A stretch of 64,000 nucleotides of DNA from Chrysomallon squamiferum (Eukaryota; Animalia; Mollusca). Each line of letters opens with the position of its first letter. The stretch's first letter is position 1. The notes beneath the pieces were generated by a model. It worked only from the letters and a program-made list of their open reading frames with translations, did no database searches and was not told the DNA's origin. The DNA is taken from positions 6,510,001 to 6,574,000 of the forward strand of contig CM022666.1 of assembly GCA_012295275.1 (NCBI GenBank), read 5' to 3'. The translations under genes and the position numbers were made by a program. Shown here piece by piece: positions 1 to 12,404 of the stretch.

Positions 1-49
1 CTAATTTATATATTTATGGAATTTTTTTAGAATTTAAAACAGAATTTAC

Positions 50-310
50 CTTTTTCATAATTTCACTGATCACTATTTCTCCATCGTTGTAACAACAATA
101 CATGGTATTGTTCCTGGTTCTCTTCGTAGATTTGTCATCACAACAGTTGTCTTCTGGTTTGCACGAGATTTTCACACACAGTTCCTTGTCAAACAACAAG
201 TTGGTTTCTCTGTTCAGAAATTGTTTTAATGTTACTGATACAATGGAACTGATGAGAATGAAGTTTAGTACCATAAGAGAAATGGCAATGACTGGAATAA
301 TTGACTTCAT
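50..310 (-). CDS. TNF-superfamily ligand copy A, exon 1 only (rest of gene lies beyond the left window edge)
   Basis: ATG at 310 gives MKSIIPVIAISLMVLNFILISSIVSVTL (hydrophobic segment), then a Cys-rich stalk; ends AAG|GTAAAT donor at 50; 261 nt, same as exon 1 of the intact copies. The ORF-track start at 370 is GTG. Confidence 0.85.
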
Positions 311-382
311 TTTCCTATTTTTCTTTTTGCACTGTATAGTGTATTTTATACTCTTACGTAGAATAGACACTGACTAGCGCAT

Positions 383-790
383 AAAAAATGTTATTGCCTG
401 TGTTTCTTGTATCAGCCGAGTGGCTTGGCAAACAGCTGTTTATAAACTATGCTCGGCTATAATTACTTTTAAAGATAAAGATATGCACTGGTAGTTTTTA
501 AAAGTTGTCCAATGAGCTGTCATTGTTACTGTCGGTTTTTTCCTAGCAGAAAAGAATTCACCCATGGACGACCGGATGACATTTCAACTTAACCATGACA
601 TAAGTGTTTGTGGTTTGCACGAATGTAGGTGTATTCACACATGATTATATAACAGCAATATTTAACATACTGTCTATAAAGTATACAAATTATGCTTTAT
701 AAAATAAAATTAAAATCATGTCACTGACTGGTGTACAAGCGAAAAATGACTTGAACAATGCTCCCATTAATATTACTTGACATTAACAAA
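383..790 (-). promoter_or_regulatory. Putative TNF proximal promoter module with TATA-like TATAAA at 444-439
   Basis: Conserved directly upstream of copies A, B and G; TATAAA lies about 130 bp 5' of the ATG. Function inferred from position only. Confidence 0.4.
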
Positions 791-1287
791 AACAAAATAT
801 AAAAATAAAAATTTCCAAAAACACAGACAAATACAGAACTAGACATTTGTACTTCTTTTGAAGTCAATGTCCAAGTAATTCTCGAGGAAATAAAAATAAT
901 GAAAATACTAATCAGATGTTGCCAGTGTCTGAGTCAGACTGCGGTTTCACGACATTGACTCTCTTGGTATTAATAATATTAACAAAAATAACTTTTGTAT
1001 CACCTACTGAACTGAGGTATCGCTGTAGTCTTTATTTAATAACAATGGCAACAGCAAACAGTAATTATTATAATAATGATGATGATAAATTTGATAGTAG
1101 CAGTAGTAGTAGTATTAATGACGATGATGATAGTGATAATAAAATTATTAATAATCAGAATATTTATGATTCTGAAATGCTTCTGAAAAGAAAACCTATT
1201 CAGAGAAAAAAAAAATGCTTTAAATAGATTGTTCATTATGCACATTTTACAGAAAATTTTAATTGTGTGTGTGCAGGTGTGTGTGTG

Positions 1288-1860
1288 CACTGATTTATGA
1301 GTTTAATTCGTTCCGTTACCGAGCTCATAATTCAGTTTGCTTGTATATCAAATCAATTTTCCCAACTGAAATTAAATTAAAAAAACAGCCCCCCAAATAT
1401 CACCCGAATTTTTGTAATGTGGTTTTAAATAAGAAAAAATGTATTTATAAAAGACAGATATTGCATAAAAACTAAACAAAAGAGAATGTAAAGAAATAAA
1501 TTGATTTTGTAAAGTGTATTTTATCTTGGAGATCAGACAAATTATTTTAACACCTTTGGCTGGAGTTACAGCCTTTATCGACTTCTTCACCTTCAATATG
1601 GCACATATCGTAGAAATACTTCGCTTGTACTGCCTAGCCAAGTCGACTATATGCACACCTCGCTCATGTTTTATATGAATTCGAGCTTTAATTTTATGGA
1701 CATCACCCGCTTCTTGTTCTCAGCACTGTCCTTTGCAGTCACTTTCTTAGGATCCATGGTTAGAAAAAAGAAATTTGCCAAAATGCTGCACAAAAACACG
1801 AGCACGTCAGAAAAGAGATGCTACCACAGCAAGGTAACCACGTGATGTAAATCAAGAGCT
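1288..1860 (-). mobile_element. Degenerate Tigger/pogo transposase fragment
   Basis: MDPKKVTAKDSAENKKRVMSIKLK...VDLARQYKRSISTICAILK, a CENP-B/psq-type HTH; frameshifted; boundaries approximate. Confidence 0.75.
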
Positions 1861-2184
1861 GTTTTATATTCACAGAGACATCAGATTTTCTGAAATATTA
1901 TGTTCGAATATGTACAGAGATTTGTTTCCATAATCTATAAGATAAATCAGGAATTTAGTTGTGTCATAACAAAACATCCAACATCATCCAACGTCACCAA
2001 TCAGATTTTCATTGTCAACATCATCATACAAAATTTCAATGTCAGCCTCATCGTTCAGAACTTTATTGTCTAAATCATGATCCAGAATTTTATTAACCAA
2101 AAATCAATGAAAGTCATCATTGTTCACAAAAGATAGACTCTGCTTCAGGTTATATTTACTATTATTTTAGGTGTTACTCACATT

Positions 2185-2840
2185 ATACAATGGATGTCCT
2201 TTTTCAATAGATGTTCTATGTACAATGGATGTTGTTGTACACTGAATATTCTTTGTACAATGGATGCTCTAGTACAGTTGATATTCTGTGTACAATGGGC
2301 GTTCTTCTGCAGTGGTTGTTCTACAGTCTGTGTCCTGTGTTAAAAGATGATCTTGTACAGATGTTCTGTCTACACTGCACATTGGATACTCAAGTACAGT
2401 AGAAGTTCAGTGTTCAGTGAATGTTCTTGTATGGTAGATGTTCTGTACACAATGGATGTTCTTCTGTAGATGTTCTATGTAAAAAGATGTTTTTGTACAA
2501 CTGAAAATCTAAACATGTACATCTATGGATTTTGTAAATATAATTAATGTTAAATGATAACGAATACTCCATGCATAATGGTTTTTCTTTGTACAGTGAA
2601 TATGTAATGTATGTACTATTGATGGTCTGTGTTCAATAAATCTGTACAGTGGATGTTCTACAAACAGTGAATGTGTTCTAGGGATGTTCTATATTAAATG
2701 AATGTGTGCTGTATTCAGAGAATAAATATTTACATATTATTGATTTTCTATATAAAGTAACTGATGAAAGTTAAATGTTCACTGATTGGTTTATAATGAA
2801 TAATACAAGTTAAGTGTTCTTTATACAGTATGTACTCATG
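2185..2840. repeat. Degenerate short-period repeat (tacagtggatgttct-like)
   Basis: Many variants of taca(a/g)tggatgttc / tagatgttctg. Confidence 0.6.
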
Positions 2841-3993
2841 CAATGAAACGATAATAGTATTAAATATTTATATATATGTTACATCTGAAATTTCATGTAA
2901 AATTTCCATAATACACAATCTATTTAAAGAATTTTTCTTCCCTTCAGAATAAGAAATGTTCTTTATTGAACATTTCAGAATCATAAATCTTATGATTATT
3001 AATAATTTTATTATCACTATGGTTATCAGAATTACTACTACTGCTCCTACTATTATTATAATCATCATTATTAGTATTCTTCTTCCTACTAATACTATTA
3101 ATATTAGTGCTGCTGCTACTATTATTAACTTTATCATCTTTTTAAAAAATATCAAGTCAAATTAACGAGAGCATGTTTCAGCTCACTTTTCACTTGTACA
3201 CCAGTCACTGAGTCAGTGACATGATTTTAATTTTTATAAAGCAAAATTTGTATATTTTATAGACAGTATGTTAAATACTGCTGTTATATAGGTACACATA
3301 CGTACGTGCACAGTCACACACACACATCACAATTACGTTTCAACGGTCATCCACTAGTCTCTCGCGTTTGATTTTTGCCGTCTTAAACCCCCCCCGCCTC
3401 CCCTCCCCCCAAAAAACCATACAAAAAAAAAAAAAAAATAACAATGGTAGCTCGGTGGACAAATTTTAAAAATCACCTGTCCATTCATTATCTTTACGCC
3501 TACGAGTTGTTTATAAATAGCTGTGACTCAGTCTGAGTGACTTCGCTGGCTGTGGAATGTATCTTATTTCACTGCCTGCTTATGTCACTGTTACCTCTTG
3601 TCCACACGAACACCCTGAAAAACTGATGCGATTTTAAAAATCAATCAATAAAATAAATAGTTTTTATCTGTCAGGGAATAATCAAATTTTTCATGACAGT
3701 GCCCCTGCGTGGATCTTGTGTAGATATATACTGTAGTGAATAGCTGGAGTGTATTAGGTTATTTGAAATTAAATAATGTAGATGTTCTGGATTAAATTTT
3801 TGATAATTTATTTAGGATTACACCACTGAAGAGTGATTGAATAAAAAGTAATAAAATACCTGGATAATTGTCAGTTGTTACGTTTATCTTTCTTTGTATC
3901 TTTCATGCATGTACATCACGTGTACTTGGCGTGATCAGGGCAAACTGAACAAAGCCAAAACTTAACATGATCACGGTGCACGCGCCCGCCTCT

Positions 3994-4044
<51 letters not shown>

Positions 4045-4665
4045 CTGAAAAACGGCAATCGTAATATTAATAAAAATTCTACTGTTTCTGTTTGTTTTAT
4101 TTAAGAACATTATGTATAAAGTACTCATGTAACATTAAAATAGCAGCAGACTCTAAACAAATTAAAAAAATTATTTAGATAACGAAAATTAAGTAAGAAG
4201 GCAATATATACAGGGTAGTCCTAATGTAGGTAGAAAGTAAATGATAATATTTATTTTGAGATTACATATACAGTTATATGTACTCCAAAAGTAGGTGGAC
4301 GTTTAAATAATTTAAATAATTGTAGTTATAAAATTTTAAATAACATAGCACAAATACCATAGTTATAATAAACATCATTGTAATAATATAACGCTTATTT
4401 TAATTTTTTTGAAAGAATATTCTATTGTTTGTGTAGTATCTCTGTGCACGCGTTGTTTTTACGTGTATTTGTGAGTGTGTGTGTGTGTGTGTGTGTGTTC
4501 TTGTTTTATTTATTATTTTATTTTTTGAAAGAATGTTATTCACGTGCGAATATCTGTATTCTCTACGTGTCTTTATCTTGGTATTATTTATTACCAATAA
4601 CATTTTTCTTCTTTTGGTCGTGTTTTACAGACTACGTCTAAAGGAATTAAAAGTTGTTACACGAA

Positions 4666-4704
4666 ATGGTACCAATTCGTCCAGTCATTGCCATTTCTCT
4701 TATG
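4666..4704 (+). pseudogene. Inverted TNF exon-1 5' stub (also 15441-15479, 49870-49908, 57707-57745)
   Basis: An ATG reads MVPIRPVIAISLM versus MKSIIPVIAISLM in the intact genes; homology stops after 13 codons. Confidence 0.65.
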
Positions 4705-5623
4705 AAGCATTTCTCAATCATAAATCTTTTGATAATTAATAATTTTATTATCACTATCATCATCATCATGGTCATTATTACTACTGCTACTAGTATTATT
4801 ATATAATCATCATTATTAGTATTATTTTTATTACTAATAGTATTTTACTGATATTTCTACATATGTGGATACCCACACCCACGCATATATGACGTTTCAG
4901 TTTAAATTACTGTGCAGTCGACACGAAGCGTGTCCAGAAAAAGAACCGACAGTAACAATGATTTTGGCTGCCGTATCTGCCTTTAAGGGACCAACAGAAA
5001 ATTATGCAAAAGAAACATTACTGACATCAAATTTTGTAACGACTAGTTGCTTTGGTACGAGTTCTTGGCATTCCGTGGTAGAAATGAAACATTGTATTGC
5101 CCTGGTAACGTAAAAAATGTTATTGCCTGTGTTTCTTGTATCAGCCGAGTGGCTTAGTAAACAGCTATTTATAAACTATGCTCGGCTAGAATTACTTTTA
5201 AAGATAAAGATATGCACTGGTGATTTTTAAAAGTTATCCAATGAGCTGCCATTGTTACTGTCAGTTTTTCTCCGACAGAAAATCAATAATGGGTCAGGGA
5301 TCACCGTTTAAGTGTTTGTGGTTTGCACGAATGTAGGTGTATCTACATATGATTATATAACAGCAATATTTATCATACTGTCTATAAAGAATACAAATTA
5401 TGCTTTATAAAATAAAAATTAAAATCATGTCACTGACTTCTATACAAGAGAAAAATCACTTGAAAAATGCTCTCATTAATTTTACTCGATATTAACAACA
5501 AAAAACAACAACAATAAACCCCCTAAAAAACCCTAAAGAATCCAGACAAATACAGAACAAGACATTTGTACTTCTTTTGATTTCAATGTGTAAGTAATTG
5601 TCGAGGAAATATATATATATATA

Positions 5624-6200
5624 CACTGATTTATGAGTTTAATTCGTTCCGTTACCGAGCTCATAATTCAGTTTGCTTGTATATTTAATCAATTTTCCCA
5701 ACTGAAATTAAATTAAAAAAACAGCCCCCCAAATATCACCCGAATTTTTGTAATGTGTTTTTAAATAAGAAAACAAATATATTTATAAAAGACAGATATT
5801 GCATAAAAACTAAATAAAAGAGAATGTAAAGAAATAAATTGGTTTTGTAAAGTGTATTTTATCTTGGAGATCAGACAAATTATTTTAACGTCTTTGGCTG
5901 GAGTTACAGCCTTTATCGACTTCTTCAGCTTCAGTATGGTACATATCGTAGAAGTACTACGCTCGTACTGCCTTGCTAAGTCGACTACACACACACCTCG
6001 CTCACGTTTCATATGAATTCAAGCTTCAGTTTCATGGATATCATCCGCTGCTTCTTCTCAGCACTGTCCTTTGCACTCACTTTCTTAGGATCCATGGTTA
6101 GAAAAAAGAAATTTGCCGAACTGCTGCACAAAAACACGAGCACAACACAACAGAGATGCTTCCACAACAAGGTAACCACGTGATGTAAATCAAGTGCTGT
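5624..6200 (-). mobile_element. Tigger/pogo fragment (segmental-duplication copy)
   Basis: RERGVCVVDLARQYERSTSTICTILK; near-identical to 16397-16970. Confidence 0.75.
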
Positions 6201-8699
6201 TTTATATTAACAGAGACATCAGATTCTCTGAAATATTATGTTCGTATGTGTATAGAGATTTGTTTCCATAATCTATAAGATAAGTCAGGAATTTAGCTGT
6301 GTCATAACAAAACATCCAACATCAACCATCGTCACCAATCAGACTTTCATTGTCAACCTCATAATCCAAAATTTCAATGTCAGCCTCATCGTTCAGAATT
6401 TTATTGTTCCTATAAATACTATTAATATTAGTGCTGCTGCTACTATTATTAACTTTATCATCTTGATCTTCCATCATTATTATAATTATTACTGTTTGCT
6501 GTTGTCATTATTGTTAAATAAAACTGCAGTGATACCTCTGGTCACTAGTTCATTATTTTTCTTACTTGGATATTTACTTTAATGTGTAATTTTGCATTTG
6601 ACATATTTGTTTTTTTAAATATCAAGTCAGATTAACGAGAGCATGTTTCAGCTCACTTTTCACTTCTACACCAGTCAGTAACATGATTTTAATTTTCATA
6701 AAGCAAAATTTGTATATTTTATAGACAGTATGTTAAATACTGCTGTTATATAGATACACATACGTACGTGCACAATCACACACACACACATCACAATTAA
6801 GTTTGAACGATCATCCACTAGTCTCTCACGTTTGATTTGCCGTCTTAACCCCCCGCATCCCCTCCCCCCAAAAAACCAACAAAAAACAACAAACAACAAT
6901 AACAATGGTAGGTCGGTGGACAAATTTTAAAAATCACCAGTCCATTCATTATCTTTACGTCTACGAGTTGTTCATAAATAGCTGTGACTCAGTCTGAGTG
7001 ACTTCGCTGGCTGTGAAATGTACACCTAGTGTGATATCTTATTTCACTGCCTGCTTCTGTCACTGTTACCTCTTGTCCACATGAACACCCTGAAAAACTG
7101 ATACGATTTTAAAAATCAATAAGTAAAAATAAACAGTTTTTATCTGTCAGGGAATAATCCAATTTTTACGACTGTGCGTCTCCGTGGATCTTGGGTTGAT
7201 ATATACTGTAGTGAATAGCTGGAGTGTATTAGGACATTTGAAATTAAATAATGTAGATATTCTGGATTAAATTTTTGATAATTTATTTAGGGTTACACTA
7301 CTGAAGAGTGATTGAATAAAAAGTAATAAAATACCTGGTTAATTGTCAGTTGTTACGTTTATCTTTCTTTGTATCTTTCATGCATGTACATCACGTGCAC
7401 TTGGCGTGATCAGGGCAAACCGAACAAAGCCAAAACTTTACATGATCACGGTGCACGCTCTCGCCTTTGCGTGTGTGTGTGTGTGCGTGTGTATGAGTTA
7501 CTGAACATCGACAACAGCAATCGTAATGTTAATAAGAACTACGACTGCAACAATACAACAGCAGTAATGAGTGTATGTAGTTTATTTAAGAACATTATGT
7601 ATAAAGTACACATGTAACATTTAAATATTTTCTTTCATTTTATTCTAGGTGGTTATCTTGTTTCCTAACAGTAAGGTTATATTACATTTTCTCATAGCTT
7701 TTCAAAAAGGTGATTTATAGGATTCGAAAAAAACACACCTGATTCGCGAAAATTCTAGTTTCTGTTTGTTTTTAATACTTTATTATTATCATCTAAAGGG
7801 CAGCAGACTCTAACACAAATTAAAAAAATTATTTAGATAACGAAAATTAAGTAAGAAGGCAATTTATACAGGCTAGTCCTAATGTAGGTGGAAAGTAAAT
7901 GATAATATTTATTTTGAGATTACATATACAGTTATATTTACTCTAAAAGTAGGTGGACGTTTAAATAATTTAAATAATTGTAGTTATAAAATTTTAAATA
8001 ACGTAGCACAAATACCATAGTTATAATGAACATCATTGTAATAATATAACCCTTATTTTAATTGTTTTGAAAGAATATTCTATTGTTTGTGTAGTATCTG
8101 TGTGCACGCGTTGTTTTTGTGTGTATTATTCTTCTTACTAATATTATTTATATTGGTGCTGCTATTACTACTACTATTAAATTTATCATTATCATCTTCA
8201 TCATTATTATAATTATTACTGTTTGCTGTTGTCATTGTTGCTAGATAAAGACTACAGTGATACCTCTGGTCATTAGTTCACTAATTTTATCACTTGGATA
8301 TTTACTTTAATGTGTTGTTCTGAATATGTCGTTTTACTTAAATATCAAGTCAAATTAATGAGAGCATGTTTCAACTCACTTTTCACTCGTACAGAAGTCA
8401 GTGACATGATTTTAGTTTTTATTTTACAAATCATAATTTGTATACATTATAGACAATGTGTTAAATATTTCTCTTATACTACCACGTACATATCACATAC
8501 TTATACTGACAAGGCTGGTGCAACCATATAGGCAAACCAGGCAGCCAACTAAGGCGCTGATTTCAGGGAGATCATTTTAAAATATTGCAGGGGGCAGTTC
8601 TGCAGTGAATGAATATTTTCTCGAATGATAAGATTTTAAACGTAAACGTGTCATTTCTACCGAAATCACATTTTGGGTGGAGTGACACCAGAGAGCCAA

Positions 8700-9200
8700 A
8701 CCAATGATTTTGGCTCCCGTATCTGCCTTTAAGGGACCAACAGAAAATTAGGCAAAAGAAACATTACGGACATCAAATTTTGTAACGATTAGTTGCTTTG
8801 GTACGAGTTCTTGGCATTCCGTGGTAGAAATGAAAAGTTCTATTGCCCTGGTAACGGAAATCTTTTGAAGATTATAGAATACAAAGCCCTTTTTGAAATC
8901 TTTTGAAGATTATAGAGTATCTAGCCCATTTTGATCCTATCATGAATGATCGTTTGCGTAGAGTTAAGGATTACGAATCCCTAGTTCACTATCTTGGAAA
9001 AGGTATCCAAACTGACCTTTTACAGCTTGTAGCTAGTGCTATAAAAAAAGAGAAAATTTTAATTTGTGTAAACTCTGCTAAATACTTTATTCCATAATTC
9101 TGGATTGATGTAAGTGCTACTGAAAAAATTACAATGACTGTTCATTTTGTTGACGTAATCACAACATCAGACAATGGGATAACTGAGCATGAAGTCATCA
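8700..9200 (+). mobile_element. Degenerate hAT (ZMYM1-like/DUF4371-type) transposase fragment
   Basis: LAFRGRNEK...GNGNLLKIIEYLAHFDPIM...HYLGKGIQTDLLQLVA...SAKYF.IILD pattern; stops and frameshifts. Confidence 0.7.
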
Positions 9201-10220
9201 CTAATGTCTATCTTTATGTTTATTTATTCTTGTCTTAATTTTGCAAATAAAATAGTATCAAATAGTGTATTTTGGGGGGGTGTCCGGACATTTGAGCAGA
9301 GAGGGGTAATATATTTTTTTATGTCTGGTCTGTGATGAAATTTTGAAATCTTTAATTTTTTTATTTATTGTTTCTATATTTTGAAACTGATATATTTGGA
9401 TACCCACACCCACGCATATATCACGTCTCAGTTTAAATTACTGTGCAGTCGTCACGAAGCGTGTCCAGAAAAAGAACCGACAGTAACAATGGTAGCTCAC
9501 TGACAAGTTTTAACAATCCCCAGTGCATTCGTTATCTTAAAAAGGTCTACCCAAGCAGTGTTTATGAACAGTTGTTTGCTAAGCGACTCGGCTGATACAA
9601 AATATTCTCAATATAAACTGATGTCAGGCTGGGACGTATGACTGCCACGACATCTTATTTCACAGCCTGTTTGAATGACGCGACTGCTATTGTATCGAGT
9701 CCACATAAACAACTGACACAGATTTGAAAATAAATGAATAAAAATAAATAGTTTTACTGTTAGAGAATAACCCAATTTTCATGACCAAGCGCTTCCGTGT
9801 TGCTTGTGTAGATATACTACAGTGTATAGCTGGAGTGTATTAGGACATCTGAAATTAGATAATGTAGAGGTTCTGGATAAAAAATTTGATAATTTATTTA
9901 GGTTTAGACCATTGAAAAGTGATTGAACAAAAAATAATAAATCTCGCAGAAACCCAGCGATATCCATTAAAGTGTAGTCTGAGCTGTTGTCCACCAGAGA
10001 AGACTCAGGCTAAATTATATGAAATTATGATTTATTTTTCTTTTAAATTTTTAAATGTTCATTATAAATTTAAAAAAAAAAAATGTTTTAATTTTTTTTT
10101 TTATAGATACACATGAAATTATAACAAAAGAGAAATTCAGTGTGCTCAAAACACATATTTATTCATTTAAAACGGCTTATTTTAGACATGACTCATTATG
10201 GTTTTTAATATTCTGTTTAG

Positions 10221-10350
10221 AAGCTGAATGAAAATTATGCAAGATAAGCAAAAGCTGTAAGCTGACACAAACACACACACACATACATATATTTCAGAAC
10301 AAAAACTTCAGCAGATCGCAGAGAACTGATTTTAGATAATAAAAACTCCG
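10221..10350 (+). pseudogene. Inverted TNF exon-2/exon-3 relics downstream of copy B
   Basis: tttag|aagctgaatgaaaattatgcaagataagcaaaagct|gtaag and tatttcag|aacaaaaacttcagcagatc resemble sense exons 2 and 3 with their splice sites. Confidence 0.7.
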
Positions 10351-10491
10351 TATGGGTGTGTAGCTATGTATTTAAACAGTATCTGGTCATAAAGAGTTAG
10401 TTTGATATATACACGTCCATGAGTACTCTCTTTCTGTCAGAGTGAAATTTTTATATATAACGAATTATAATTCAGGCCCCTCCAAACAATT

Positions 10492-12404
10492 TTACAGCAT
10501 ATACAGACCAAAGTAGGTTGTCTGTGGATCTCTCAAAATTCTGTTCACAACTGATGTTCTCACCACTACAGTGTCGTTGGCTTTCAGGTAGTAAACAGCT
10601 CCAATGTAAGAAGCAACAAAACCTTCCTGGTATCTTCGTACTTTGCATGTTGTTTGAGGATTTCTGTAGAGGACTTCATAATTTGGATATTTTTCAATTG
10701 AGTGACACAGCCTCGCGTATTCTAGCTCTCTGACTTGGTTGGCATGGAATAAAACGTTGCTGTATATGAAGTAGGGAGCAGCTTCTTTGACTTGAATCCC
10801 GTCAGCGACAACAGCAGCAGCTCCTTTCACAAACGATCTTTTACCAGACGACGTCCATTTGATGAGAGGCTTCGGTGTGTCTGAAAAGTTTGTAAGAAGA
10901 AAATATTTTTAAATAATATTTTTATTTTACATTGTCAACAGTTGTAGTTAATATTACTAATATATTTCGCTAACTTCTAGAAAGTCCTATTATTAACTAC
11001 TTTACTACCATCACTGATATTTTTACTACTAACACTGCTAAACTATTGTTATCACAATTTCTACAATTATTTCCTAACTACTACTAATAACTAAGTGATT
11101 ACCACTACTACTATCAACAGACCAACATTTTTCTAGTAACTACTACTATTTCTTCAATTTTACTACTACAACATTTATTACCAAATCACCTCTTTAACTG
11201 AGTACAACTACTCTACTACTACTACTACTACCATTCTACTGCTACTGCTATTACTGCTACTACAACTCTACTACTATTACTCTACTACTACAACTATTAC
11301 TACTACTACTGCTACTATTTGTCTTCTTACTTTTGTCATATATTGCGTTCACTTCCATTTGTAGATGAGCCGACGTCTTCACATTGTTTTTATTATTCAG
11401 ACGATCAGCGACCTCTCTGATCTGCTTAAGTTTCTGTTCTGAAATATATATACATATACACATATATACTGATACATATATAAATACATAGACTCCTATA
11501 CACATTGTTTGATTTTATCTAAATTCAGATGATTTGCGACCTCTCTGATCTACACACACGCGTCCACACACTCATATCACTTATATATGTGTACATACAT
11601 AGACTCGCACATACATACACACATAAATACAAATACATATTTCTAAAAACGTTTGTGGATATTTGAATATGTGTGGCTGAGTGTGTTTGTGTCTGTATCT
11701 TTTTTCGGTGTGTCTAGGTTGATGACTTTTCTTGTGTGTGTCTCTGTGTTTATGCGTCTTTGTGTTTTTAGGTATGTCTGTGTGTGTGTGTATATGTGTC
11801 GGTGTTAACTTACCACTTTTCTCAGCTTTTGTGTGACTTTCACTCAGTTTCTAAAAAGAATGTTAATAACCAATTTAAAACTATTCCATAATAATTTTTT
11901 ATATTTATAAATATATTTTTGCACAATGAATTTCTCCTTTTCATAATTATTAAACATATATGAATTTTTTTTCTTTTTTTAATTTCATTTATAATTAACA
12001 TAACGTTTTAATCTTTCTATGCAGAATTTATCTATTTCTTAATTTCGTACCGACAAAACTTTTATTTTAAATTATTATTATTTCTTTTTATTTTCTAATT
12101 TATGTATGTTTGGAATTTTTTTAGAATTTATAACAGAATTTACCTTTTTCATAATTTCACTGATCACTGTTTCTCCATCTCTGTAACAGCAATACGAGGT
12201 ATTGTTCCTGGTTCTGTTCTTAGATTTGTCATCACAACAGTTTTCTTCTGGTTTGCACGAGATTTTCACACACAGTTCCTTGTCAAACAACAAGTTGGTT
12301 TCTCTGTTCAGAAATTGTTTTAATGTTACTGATACAATGGAACTGATGTGTATCAAGTTTAGTACCATAAGAGAAATGGCAATGACTGGAATAATTGACT
12401 TCAT
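10492..12404 (-). CDS. TNF-superfamily ligand copy B, 264 aa, 4 exons
   Basis: Exons 12404-12144, 11850-11814, 11438-11331, 10880-10492 (261+37+108+389=795 nt), all GT-AG, phases 0/1/1 join in frame. TNF-homology-domain motifs: SAHL, IKW, DGIQV..A.YFIYSNVLF, SYIGAVYYL..NDTVVV, TYFGLYML-stop. Confidence 0.92.

Noticed and set aside
311-370. 20-aa N-terminal extension of TNF shown in the ORF track
   Set aside because: It starts at GTG, not ATG, and is not open in copies C and E.
102-377. Plus-strand ORFs overlapping TNF exons 1 and 4
   Set aside because: Antisense shadows of the coding exons with no independent motifs.
916-1227. Recurrent ORF MLPVSESDCGFTTLTLLVLIIL (also 13004, 40356, 54892, 58611) resembling a secreted peptide family
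   Set aside because: The C-termini differ by frameshifts, some starts are TTG, and the sequence is low-complexity AAT/AGT repeat; recurrence reflects segmental duplication.
7150-7160. gggaataatcc as an NF-kB site
   Set aside because: Does not fit GGGRNNYYCC well; unsupported without data.
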